From positions 10,836 through 74,835 of the forward strand of contig JASBUS010000042.1 of NCBI GenBank assembly GCA_030147745.1: a stretch of DNA of 64,000 bases. Reading direction: 5' to 3'. Under the pieces are notes generated by a model. That model had not been told where the DNA came from, made no database searches, and saw nothing but the letters and a program-made list of their open reading frames with translations. Source of the stretch: Alphaproteobacteria bacterium (GTDB taxonomy: Bacteria; Pseudomonadota; Alphaproteobacteria; Micavibrionales; Micavibrionaceae). The first letter of the stretch is position 1; the number at the start of each line of letters is the position of its first letter. Positions 37,021 through 44,978 of this stretch are shown piece after piece. A program made the position numbers and the translations under genes.

Positions 37021-37042
37021 TTTTTATTAGATAAGTTAAATG

Positions 37043-38116
37043 TTAAGCGGCGTCGCCAAAGGCTTTTTCTGAGAATACATCTTCCCAGTTGCCTTGTGTT
37101 GATGCGCGTGAATATTCTGTCGCACGGTTTTCGAAGAAGTTTGTGTGCTCCGCGCCGTTAAGGATTTCGTCCATCCATGGCAATGGGTTCTTCTCGATAC
37201 CGTAAACTGGCTTAAGGTTAAGCTGTTGCAAGCGGCGGTCACCAATGAAGCGGATATATTGTTTTACTTCTTCTGGTTTCAAACCTTCGATATCGCCCAT
37301 TTCAAAACATAGGTCGATAAAGGCATCTTCATGCTCAACTGTAACTTTACAGCATTCTGTGATTTCAGCTTTCAGCTCGTCATCCCAAATATCTGGGTTT
37401 TCTTGCAAGAAGGCATTGAATAGGCGAATCATTGATAGGCAGTGCAATGTTTCATCACGCACAGACCATGTAACGATTTGACCCATGCCCTTCATTTTGT
37501 TGAAGCGTGGGAAGTTCATCAAAATCGCGAAAGAAGCGAAAAGCGCCAAACCTTCGGTAAACGCACCAAACATTGCCATTGTTTTCGCAATATCGCGGCG
37601 GCTCTTCATTGAAACATTTTGAAGGTAATCAAATTTGTCCTTCATTTCTTTATATTTCAAGAAAGCTTGGTATTCGACTTCTGGCATGCCCAATGTATCA
37701 AGCAAATGTGAATAGGCGGCAATATGCACAGTTTCGATGTTCGAGAATGCTGACAGCATCATCTGTACTTCCACTGGACCGAATACGCGTGAATAGTGAC
37801 GCATATAGCAATTGTTCACTTCAACGTCAGACTGTGTGAAGAAACGGAAAATTTGTGTCAGCAAGTTAATTTCTGAAGGCGATAATTTATGTTTCCAATC
37901 GCGAATATCTTCCGCCATTGGCACTTCTTCTGGCAACCAGTGTAGGCGCTGCTGCGTCAACCATGCTTCGTAACACCATGGGTAGAGGAATGGTTTATAA
38001 ACGTGACGTTCTTGCAAAAGTTGGCAATCTGAATTCGTCACATCATCACTGATGTCTTCCATTTTATTGATAAGTGCACCTGTATCTAGTGCATTTGTCA
38101 CGGCGTTGTCTGACAT
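37043..38116 (-). CDS. nrdB: Class Ia ribonucleoside-diphosphate reductase beta subunit
   Basis: Di-iron ligand helices (ETVHIAAYSHL, FTEGLALFASF, VRDETLH). I chose the start at MSDNAV because AAGGAG lies 10 nt upstream. No nrdA is adjacent. Confidence 0.9.
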   Translation of the reverse strand: MSDNAVTNALDTGALINKMEDISDDVTNSDCQLLQERHVYKPFLYPWCYEAWLTQQRLHWLPEEVPMAEDIRDWKHKLSPSEINLLTQIFRFFTQSDVEVNNCYMRHYSRVFGPVEVQMMLSAFSNIETVHIAAYSHLLDTLGMPEVEYQAFLKYKEMKDKFDYLQNVSMKSRRDIAKTMAMFGAFTEGLALFASFAILMNFPRFNKMKGMGQIVTWSVRDETLHCLSMIRLFNAFLQENPDIWDDELKAEITECCKVTVEHEDAFIDLCFEMGDIEGLKPEEVKQYIRFIGDRRLQQLNLKPVYGIEKNPLPWMDEILNGAEHTNFFENRATEYSRASTQGNWEDVFSEKAFGDAA

Positions 38117-38252
38117 GGGCTGCATACTCCTTGAAGCAAAAATTTTATGAACACCAACCAATATATGAGCGTGGCCAAAGAATCCGAGTCTTTTATGACT
38201 CTTCTCCACATATATTCGTTGATCCTAAATGAACAGCGCGAATACGCTGTAT

Positions 38253-38268
38253 TATCAATATATAGTAT
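38253..38268. promoter_or_regulatory. Candidate NrdR box (TATCAATATATAGTAT)
   Basis: Matches 12/16 positions, including the whole core, of the NrdR-box consensus acaCwAtATaTwgTgt as I remember it. It lies 137 nt upstream of nrdB. Confidence 0.45.
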
Positions 38269-38285
38269 AAATAGCGGTTTTTTAA

Positions 38286-38301
38286 ACACTACATATAGAT
38301 T
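38286..38301. promoter_or_regulatory. Candidate NrdR box (ACACTACATATAGATT)
   Basis: 13/16 match to the remembered consensus. It is 33 bp centre to centre from the first box, about three helical turns, as is typical for tandem NrdR boxes. Confidence 0.45.
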
Positions 38302-38432
38302 TTTTTTATTTTTTATGTGTGTGAAATATTTAAGCCTTTGAAAAAAGGCCATGACCGCATAAATTGGGATCTGTAAGTTATTTATAGTTGTTTAAACGCG
38401 GCCTTTTCGGATTCATCACGGAAAATAGATAA

Positions 38433-39575
38433 ATGTCCTCACCGCCCACACAAAAGATTCGCATTTTGCATGTTGTCCCTGTTTTGGATATGGGCGGCAT
38501 TGAAAAGGGCTTGGTCGATGCGTTCGCCTTTATGGATCATGACGCTTTCCAATTGGATTTTCTAGTTGAGCGCGATGTTGATACGCCTTTAGCGGCTACG
38601 GCGCGGGCCATGGGCTGTAAAATTATTCCGGTTGGGTCTTTTAAACGCTTGGGATCATTTGCGCCCGCTTTCTTGCGAATCGCTAAGGGTTATGACGTGG
38701 TGCATGCCCACACCTATTTATTTTCAGGCGTGATCATGTTTTTGGCGCGCCTTGCGGGGGTGAGGCAGCGTATCGCCCATATTCACAATAAGCTTCCTGA
38801 GCGCGCAGGTATATTGGCGGCGCTTTATCGTGTCGGTTTAAAAGGCCTCATCAAATGTTTTGCGACCCATATCATTGCGGTGAGCCGCTTAGTCACAACC
38901 GTGATTTATGGTGAAGAACATGCGGAAAATGCGGGGCTCACGATTCAGCCAATGGGGGTAGATTTTTCAAATTTCCATGCGCCTTTTGATGCAGAAGCCA
39001 CGCGTGCGTCTTTGGGCATAAAAGCCGATGAACAAATTGTTGTGAATATTAGCCGTTTTTCGACGGCCAAGAATCACGACTTTATCATTGATGTTTTTGA
39101 CCAGATGGTGAAAAAGCTTGGCTTTACCGGACGGCTTTTATTGATTGGTGATGGTGATTTACGCCCGTCTATTGTTGAGAAGGTCTCGTCTTTGTGCTTG
39201 CAAGATAAGGTGATTTTTGCAGGAACGCGTTATGATGCTCATAAAATTTTGCGGGCGATTAATGGCGTGTTTATTTTTCCATCATTATATGAAGGCCTCG
39301 GCTTAGTCGCGGTGGAAGCGCAAGCGGCGGGGCTGCCGATTATTATGAGTGAGCATGTGCCAGAAGAGGCACGTATTTCACCTGAGGCCTGCAGCGTATT
39401 GCCTTTAAATCAAGGGGCGGACGCTTGGGCTAAGGCGGTCATGGATTGTTTGGCGGCGCCAGCATTAATGCGTGCAGATATTCTGGCGGAAGTCGAACAG
39501 AATAAAATCAATATTCAAAATTTTGTACAAATCATCAGTGACTTATATCGCGCTTCAAGCGATAATAAAGCATGA
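38433..39575 (+). CDS. GT-B fold glycosyltransferase (family 4-like)
   Basis: 380 aa with C-terminal EGLGLVAVEAQAAGLPIIMSE (the E-x7-E region). Confidence 0.8.
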   Translation: MSSPPTQKIRILHVVPVLDMGGIEKGLVDAFAFMDHDAFQLDFLVERDVDTPLAATARAMGCKIIPVGSFKRLGSFAPAFLRIAKGYDVVHAHTYLFSGVIMFLARLAGVRQRIAHIHNKLPERAGILAALYRVGLKGLIKCFATHIIAVSRLVTTVIYGEEHAENAGLTIQPMGVDFSNFHAPFDAEATRASLGIKADEQIVVNISRFSTAKNHDFIIDVFDQMVKKLGFTGRLLLIGDGDLRPSIVEKVSSLCLQDKVIFAGTRYDAHKILRAINGVFIFPSLYEGLGLVAVEAQAAGLPIIMSEHVPEEARISPEACSVLPLNQGADAWAKAVMDCLAAPALMRADILAEVEQNKINIQNFVQIISDLYRASSDNKA

Positions 39576-40462
39576 ATAACGAACGAGCGTTGCCTGATAT
39601 GAGTTTAATTTTATCTGTTCAATCACATGTGGCTTATGGCTATGTCGGCAATTGCGCCGCAATCCCGCCTTTGCAAGCGTTGGGGCATGATGTCATTGCC
39701 TTGAACACCGTGCATTTTTCCAACCATACAGGCTATGGTGATTGGCGCGGCCGTATCACGGCGCTTGATGAATTAACCGCCTTGATTGAAGGCATAAAAG
39801 CGCGCGGCCTCTTCCCGCAAATTGATGCGGTGCTGACGGGCTATATGGGGGATTCAGCCCTTGGTGCTTTGGTGCTTGAGACCCTAAATGACATTCGCAA
39901 AGAAAATCCTGCCTGTTTATATGGCTGCGACCCTGTTATGGGCGATGTTGGGCGCGGTTTTTTTGTGCGTGATGATGTGCCTGAATTTTTTAAAGATCAG
40001 GCTTTACATGCTGCGGATATTTTAATTCCCAACCAGTTTGAAGCATCGTATCTATCTGGCGTTGAAATTACCGATCATCAAAGCGCGATACAGGCCTGCG
40101 CTAAATTGCATCAAGGTGGTGCAAAAACCGTGTTAATGACATCTTATCACCCGATTGACTTGCCGTTGAATGAAATTGCCATGCTGTTATCGGATGTGGA
40201 TGCGGGGGTATATGTCGTGAAAACGCCGCGCTTCTCGCTCGACCCGATGCCGAATGGCGCGGGCGATGTGACGGCGGCAACTTTCCTTGGGCATATTGTA
40301 AAGGGCTGCGCTGTTGCGGATGCGCTCGGCCTGACCGCGGGGGCGCTTCATGCCTTGTTCACGAGAACCAATGCGGCGGCGCGCCGTGAATTATACTTGC
40401 CGCAAATGGGCGTTGAATTTGCAGCGCCATCAAAAGTTTTTGCCGTTGAGCGCTTACATTAA
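39572..40462 (+). CDS. pdxY: Pyridoxal/pyridoxamine kinase
   Basis: [15 protein letters not shown] and the ribokinase-fold GAGD anion hole. 296 aa. It overlaps the upstream GT gene by 4 nt. Confidence 0.8.
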   Translation: MNNERALPDMSLILSVQSHVAYGYVGNCAAIPPLQALGHDVIALNTVHFSNHTGYGDWRGRITALDELTALIEGIKARGLFPQIDAVLTGYMGDSALGALVLETLNDIRKENPACLYGCDPVMGDVGRGFFVRDDVPEFFKDQALHAADILIPNQFEASYLSGVEITDHQSAIQACAKLHQGGAKTVLMTSYHPIDLPLNEIAMLLSDVDAGVYVVKTPRFSLDPMPNGAGDVTAATFLGHIVKGCAVADALGLTAGALHALFTRTNAAARRELYLPQMGVEFAAPSKVFAVERLH

Positions 40463-41496
40463 GGCAGCTTTGGCGCGGCAATATCATAGATGATTTGTAA
40501 ATAATCTGTATTTTTTGTCGCTTGATATTCTTCACGCGCAGAATAAGCCAGTTTAATCGCATGATCATTACTTGAATTGCGGATCACGTCCCAGGCAGCG
40601 CTTAGCTCTGATGGATCTGTGATATGCGTCTGCGGTTTGTTTTGATCATTTATTTCTGGTGCACCGACTGAAAGATATGTCGCGAGCGCCGCCTGCCCCA
40701 TAGTTGCGAGTAATGTGTCTTGCGCGGCCGCTTTGTTATAAAGGCTGCTTAAGGCGTGAATGGCGGTCAGGCCATGTAACGTCGTGAAATTGCTTTGTGC
40801 CTGATACATTTCAAGCGCGATCGTGCGGAAATCCGCAAGCGTGACTTGGTCGCTTAATGGATTATTCTGTAATAAATCTTGAAAGGCGGGCGTATCGCTC
40901 ACGGCTTTAATCTTACTAAAAATATTCGGCGCGCTATGCGGTAAATGCGCGAAATCACCATTTTGATGCGCTTGATGCGCTAAGGCAAAGGCATCACGCA
41001 GGCTTGCGCCTTGGGATGATAATGTCGGCGCAACAGATGTGATGCTTTGATGCGTGTCTGCCCAATAGGCAAGGCCGCGTGCGACTTCGGCATCATTGTC
41101 AGACCAAATGCCATAAGCGGTACGGATTAAACCATGGAAGGCACAGCCACAAACACCATGCATTAATGTATTGATGTGACGTTTCAAGGTTTCTTCGCTG
41201 CCTAATTTACTGATTTCACGCGTAAAGAATTTATCTTGTGCGAAATAATAATCACGCGTGCCGAGGAAATTGGTGTAATTGCCTGCTGTGAGCATGGTTT
41301 TGCTTTTTTGTTTTAATGGGCGCAGTCCGCGGGCGCGGATATGGTCTTTGGTAAAAGCATCGATTTGAGTTTCGGATGCGCCAATCTCATAAAGTGCGTG
41401 GATGGCCATCGGCAAATGGTTGGTCAGTTTTGGTCCATATTCAGGCGCTAAATAAGCATAAGAATTGATCAGCGTTCTGATGTCTGCTTTATCCAT
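40459..41496 (-). CDS. DUF4243 / questin-oxidase-like protein
   Basis: NHLPMAIHALYEIGAS resembles the family signature as I remember it. I chose the start at MDKADIR because GGGAGG lies 7 nt upstream. Confidence 0.5.
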   Translation of the reverse strand: MDKADIRTLINSYAYLAPEYGPKLTNHLPMAIHALYEIGASETQIDAFTKDHIRARGLRPLKQKSKTMLTAGNYTNFLGTRDYYFAQDKFFTREISKLGSEETLKRHINTLMHGVCGCAFHGLIRTAYGIWSDNDAEVARGLAYWADTHQSITSVAPTLSSQGASLRDAFALAHQAHQNGDFAHLPHSAPNIFSKIKAVSDTPAFQDLLQNNPLSDQVTLADFRTIALEMYQAQSNFTTLHGLTAIHALSSLYNKAAAQDTLLATMGQAALATYLSVGAPEINDQNKPQTHITDPSELSAAWDVIRNSSNDHAIKLAYSAREEYQATKNTDYLQIIYDIAAPKLP

Positions 41497-41531
41497 GTTG
41501 TGGCCTCCCATATTTTTGTTATTTTTTTGAT

Positions 41532-41547
41532 TGGCGGCAGTCTAGCA
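41532..41547 (+). promoter_or_regulatory. Weak sigma-54-type -24/-12 candidate (TGGCggcagtcTaGCA)
   Basis: GG and GC have the canonical spacing, ~170 nt upstream of icmT. A match of this quality can occur by chance. Confidence 0.2.
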
Positions 41548-41719
41548 AAGCTATGCGTTTATGTAAAGGTCTGTTAAGACAATGGTAAGGTTGACGCGTT
41601 AATATAAGCAATAGAGCGATAAAATGACGATTCCTGTTTCTTTTTAGTCGTTATTTTATTAGAATCTTATAAGTAACCAATTCGGGTTAATCCGCGCGTA
41701 GATTTTAGGGTATATAGCG

Positions 41720-42016
41720 ATGAGTTCACCACATGACGCACAAGAACAGGTAAATTGGCACTGGCGCAATACAACACGCCCAATGCGCTTTTTTAGCATG
41801 GATTCTCGAGCGGCTTTGCCTTATTTGATTTTGCTGCCTTATGCGCGCCCAATTAGTTTGGCGTTTTGCGTGATTTCGACCATTATTTTCGTGATCTTGG
41901 AAAAACATGGTTTGACCTTCCCATCGGCTTTGCGTGCGTTGCGCCACACTATGGTGGGGGAAAAACGTTATGCATTGGCACGTATTCGCCGCCGCCGTAT
42001 GCGCGACCTTGGCTAA
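41720..42016 (+). CDS. icmT: IcmT/TraK-family protein (Dot/Icm type IVB secretion inner-membrane component)
   Basis: 98 aa. HWRNTTRPMRFFSMDSRAALP, then a TM helix, then FVILEKHGLTFPSALRALRHTMVG. This matches the IcmT pattern HWRDSAR..RFF..DARAAFP ... LE+FGFT as I remember it. Confidence 0.7.
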   Translation: MSSPHDAQEQVNWHWRNTTRPMRFFSMDSRAALPYLILLPYARPISLAFCVISTIIFVILEKHGLTFPSALRALRHTMVGEKRYALARIRRRRMRDLG

Positions 42017-42056
42017 AGCCGTTCAAATAATCAATATAAAATAATAATAGTGAATT

Positions 42057-42572
42057 TTACTGTGGCTTACGCTTGGCGAAATAGCGTTGGCATGCGCCTT
42101 GTAGTTCTTTGGTCAGCGCTTTACCTGCTTCACCGCCAGTGCCGCTCATTTTTTTAAGGACAATCAGCGTGAGGGTTTTGTGATGGGCACGGACAATCTC
42201 GACCGCATCTTTATCCATGGTTTCAATCTTCTCAAGAAAATCGACCATGATGTTGGTCATGATTGTGACCAAATCATATTTAAACATTTTGGCATTGGCT
42301 TTAAGGTCAAAAACCGGCTTGAACAGACGGCTTTTATGTTCATCAAGATTGCCGCCTTCGTTTTTGGTGGCCAGTTCAAGGGCGACTTCTAATTGTTTAA
42401 GGAAATCCATAGCAACAGGTAGAAATTCTTGCGTATTTTTTTCAAGCGCGACTTCGCAGGCTTGGATTCGTTCGTCAGCAATTTTGCCGCGCCCTGCTTT
42501 TGCTTGGAGCATGCGGCTTGCGGTAATGACTTTAGCTTTGCTGCCGCCACTATTATGCGCCTGTTCTGACAT
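42057..42572 (-). CDS. Hypothetical all-helical protein downstream of a receiver-domain gene
   Basis: 171 aa from MSEQAHN (AAGG 10 nt upstream), predicted helical. It follows the response-regulator gene on the same strand. I recognise no family. Confidence 0.45.
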   Translation of the reverse strand: MSEQAHNSGGSKAKVITASRMLQAKAGRGKIADERIQACEVALEKNTQEFLPVAMDFLKQLEVALELATKNEGGNLDEHKSRLFKPVFDLKANAKMFKYDLVTIMTNIMVDFLEKIETMDKDAVEIVRAHHKTLTLIVLKKMSGTGGEAGKALTKELQGACQRYFAKRKPQ

Positions 42573-42668
42573 ATACATTTTACCTTTGATCCTATTCAAT
42601 ATGCATAAAGCTTGGAATAAAAGCATTTACACGTAAATTAAAAATACAGTGAAAGCCTTTAAAAAGAG

Positions 42669-43181
42669 TTAACCGACACTCCATGCATCTTCGAAATCTT
42701 CTTCACGGCGGCGTGGCCCTTGATAGTCTTCCGTTGCTTTACGGCGGCGGTCAGGGCCAAAATAACCGTTATAATCGATAAAGTTGCGTGGGTTATTGAT
42801 GACATGTTGCAGGCGACGTGTAAGGTCTTGCGCCGCGAAAGGCTTTACCAAAAATTCTGTCACGCCGCAATCGCGTGCTTCTTCAACGCGTGGACGCGCG
42901 CTATAGCCCGTAATCAAAATGATTGGCACCATTTTATTCGGCGAGCCAGGGGTTGTACGGATTTTTTTGGTGAGTTCAATGCCGTTCATCGGCTCCATGA
43001 GCCAGTCGGCTAAAACAATGTCGGGGTTTTGCTGGCAAAATATATTATAGCCTTGCTCCCCATTGCTAGCCTGATACACTGTACCAACGCCAAGTGCTTC
43101 GAGGACGGACGCAATTAAATTACGCATGGATTGCGTGTCATCAACGACCAGAACACTTATTTTTTCAAATTTTAACCCCAT
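42669..43181 (-). CDS. Single-domain CheY-like response regulator with a basic C-terminal tail
   Basis: VLVVDD ... ADWLMEPMNG (phospho-acceptor Asp) ... KP. The tail is FGPDRRRKATEDYQGPRRRE. There is no output domain. Confidence 0.85.
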   Translation of the reverse strand: MGLKFEKISVLVVDDTQSMRNLIASVLEALGVGTVYQASNGEQGYNIFCQQNPDIVLADWLMEPMNGIELTKKIRTTPGSPNKMVPIILITGYSARPRVEEARDCGVTEFLVKPFAAQDLTRRLQHVINNPRNFIDYNGYFGPDRRRKATEDYQGPRRREEDFEDAWSVG

Positions 43182-43252
43182 TTTGCCTGCTTTTAAGTAT
43201 AAAATAATGAAATATTACAAAGCATATATAATTCTATAAAATATGAATACAC

Positions 43253-44731
43253 GTGTATATGCTAGCAAATAAATTACAAAAGGTAAAGATTGTGAACAAC
43301 TATGACGTTGCAAAAGACTGTTTATATGCACTTATGGGTGGTCAATCGAATGCGGTAGACGCATTAGAGGTTATAGATCCATCAAATGGCGCTGTTATCG
43401 CGTCAATAGAGCCAGATAGCGCGCCGCAAATCCGCCAGAAAATTTCAGATGCAGTCTTTGCGCAGCTTGAATGGGCGGCGCATAGCCCTGAATATCGAAG
43501 GGCCACCCTTCAAAAATGGCATGACCTCGCCGCGCAAGACCAAGACCAATTGGCCGCGCTATTAACATTGGAGCAAGGTAAATCTTATAAAGAAGCGCAG
43601 GCTGAAATTGCGGCATCGTTGAAAAATATCGCATGGTCAGCGGATTTATGTACACAAAGCCACGATTACGAAGCGCCATCGCATGTTGAGGGCGCGGTGA
43701 ACAAGGTTGTTTATGAGCCCCTTGGTGTGGTCGCCGCAATCACGCCGTGGAATTTTCCAAGCGCGATGGTCACGCGAAAGGTCGCGCCCGCTTTGGCGGC
43801 AGGCTGCGCCGTTATTTTGAAGCCTGCGGAAGACACCCCGCTTTCGGCTTTGGCTCTTGTAAAGTTAGCGCAGAAGGCAGGTATTCCCGCTGAAATTTTC
43901 GCGCTCGCTATCTTGCCGCGTGAATCCGCGGCGCTTTTTTCAGATATCGTGTTTAATGATGCGCGCGTGCGTATGGTCAGCTTCACAGGCTCAACCGCGG
44001 TCGGTAAGTCGTTAATCGCCGCCAGCGCGACCAATGTCACCAAGCTATCGTTAGAACTCGGCGGGAATGCGCCGTTTATCATTTGCGCTGACGCGGATTT
44101 GGATAAGGCGGTCGAGGGCGCCTTTGCCAGTAAGTTTAGAAATGCTGGGCAAACCTGTATTTGTGCCAATCGCCTTTTTGTCGCGGCGTCAATCTATGAC
44201 CAATTTATAGAGCGCTTTGTCGCCCGTGTTGCGGCGGCTAAAATCGGCAATGGTTTTGATGATGGAGTCGAGATTGGCCCATTGATACACGCGCGCGCAT
44301 ACGAAAATATGCAAAAATTTTTGAGCCAATTGCAGGGTGACTATGCGGAATTAATTTATCGCGGCCATATGGATTTGCCTGCGCCTTTTGTCGCGCCGCA
44401 TATCTTCGCCTGCGCAGATGAGTGCCAAGCCCCACAGCAGGAAATTTTTGGCCCAATTGCTTGTGTTTATAAATTTGATGATATTGATGACGTGATCACG
44501 CGGGCCAATGAAACAAGCTATGGCCTTGCGGCTTATGTCTATGGTGCGGATCAAGATTTAACAGCATATATCGCCCAGCAGTTGCAATTCGGTATGGTCG
44601 GTATTAACGAAGTGCGAATCTCCGATGCATCGATTCCTTTTGGTGGCGTTAAACAGTCTGGAATTGGCCGTGAAGGCGGGCGTGATTCGCTACTCAATTT
44701 TATGGTCAGTAAATATATATGTCAGGCGTGA
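43253..44731 (+). CDS. gabD: NAD(P)-dependent aldehyde dehydrogenase, succinate-semialdehyde dehydrogenase-like
   Basis: FTGSTAVGK, LELGGNAP, catalytic Cys in GQTCICANR, and EEIFGP-like QEIFGP. The start is GTG 43253 or ATG 43259. Confidence 0.8.
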   Translation: MYMLANKLQKVKIVNNYDVAKDCLYALMGGQSNAVDALEVIDPSNGAVIASIEPDSAPQIRQKISDAVFAQLEWAAHSPEYRRATLQKWHDLAAQDQDQLAALLTLEQGKSYKEAQAEIAASLKNIAWSADLCTQSHDYEAPSHVEGAVNKVVYEPLGVVAAITPWNFPSAMVTRKVAPALAAGCAVILKPAEDTPLSALALVKLAQKAGIPAEIFALAILPRESAALFSDIVFNDARVRMVSFTGSTAVGKSLIAASATNVTKLSLELGGNAPFIICADADLDKAVEGAFASKFRNAGQTCICANRLFVAASIYDQFIERFVARVAAAKIGNGFDDGVEIGPLIHARAYENMQKFLSQLQGDYAELIYRGHMDLPAPFVAPHIFACADECQAPQQEIFGPIACVYKFDDIDDVITRANETSYGLAAYVYGADQDLTAYIAQQLQFGMVGINEVRISDASIPFGGVKQSGIGREGGRDSLLNFMVSKYICQA

Positions 44732-44824
44732 GCCCCGATTAAACATGAATATTTCTAATTTAACATAATTTTAGTTTGACTCTTTTCCTCAAATAGGTTA
44801 AAAAACTGTTAATTTCTAATTAAT

Positions 44825-44835
44825 TTTGCGCTTAG
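44825..44835 (+). repeat. 11-nt direct repeat TTTGCGCTTAG, copy 1
   Basis: An identical 11-mer recurs at 44920..44930. The two copies bracket the sigma-54-like element upstream of the giant adhesin. Confidence 0.6.
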
Positions 44836-44894
44836 TGCGTCGAGATTTTCGCAAGATGTGTTTACAAGAGACATATATAACTTGCTGATAATCT

Positions 44895-44910
44895 GGGCAA
44901 AAATTATGCA
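44895..44910 (+). promoter_or_regulatory. Sigma-54-type -24/-12 candidate (gGGCAaaaaattaTGCA)
   Basis: GGCA and TGCA have the canonical 12-nt G-to-C spacing, about 70 nt upstream of the adhesin ATG. Confidence 0.3.
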
Positions 44911-44919
44911 AATGTTTTA

Positions 44920-44930
44920 TTTGCGCTTAG
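44920..44930 (+). repeat. 11-nt direct repeat TTTGCGCTTAG, copy 2
   Basis: See copy 1. The copies are 95 bp apart. Confidence 0.6.
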
Positions 44931-44978
44931 GCGGTAGGTAGTTTTTTAATGGCGGTAGCCGTTTGTGAGGAGAATATA

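Noticed and set aside
38117-38209. 31-aa N-terminal extension of nrdB, and a possible cobalamin riboswitch in its leader
   Set aside because: AAGGAG is positioned for the ATG at 38116, not for the upstream ATGs. No B12-box-like GCCACTG element is visible on the coding strand.
38334-38349. GCCTTT-gaaa-AAAGGC hairpin upstream of nrdB
   Set aside because: It has no U-run on either strand and no upstream gene to terminate. It is kept only as a note under the nrdB finding.
43711-44169. 152-aa minus-strand ORF within the aldehyde dehydrogenase gene
   Set aside because: It is an antisense shadow ORF with Ala/Ser-rich composition.
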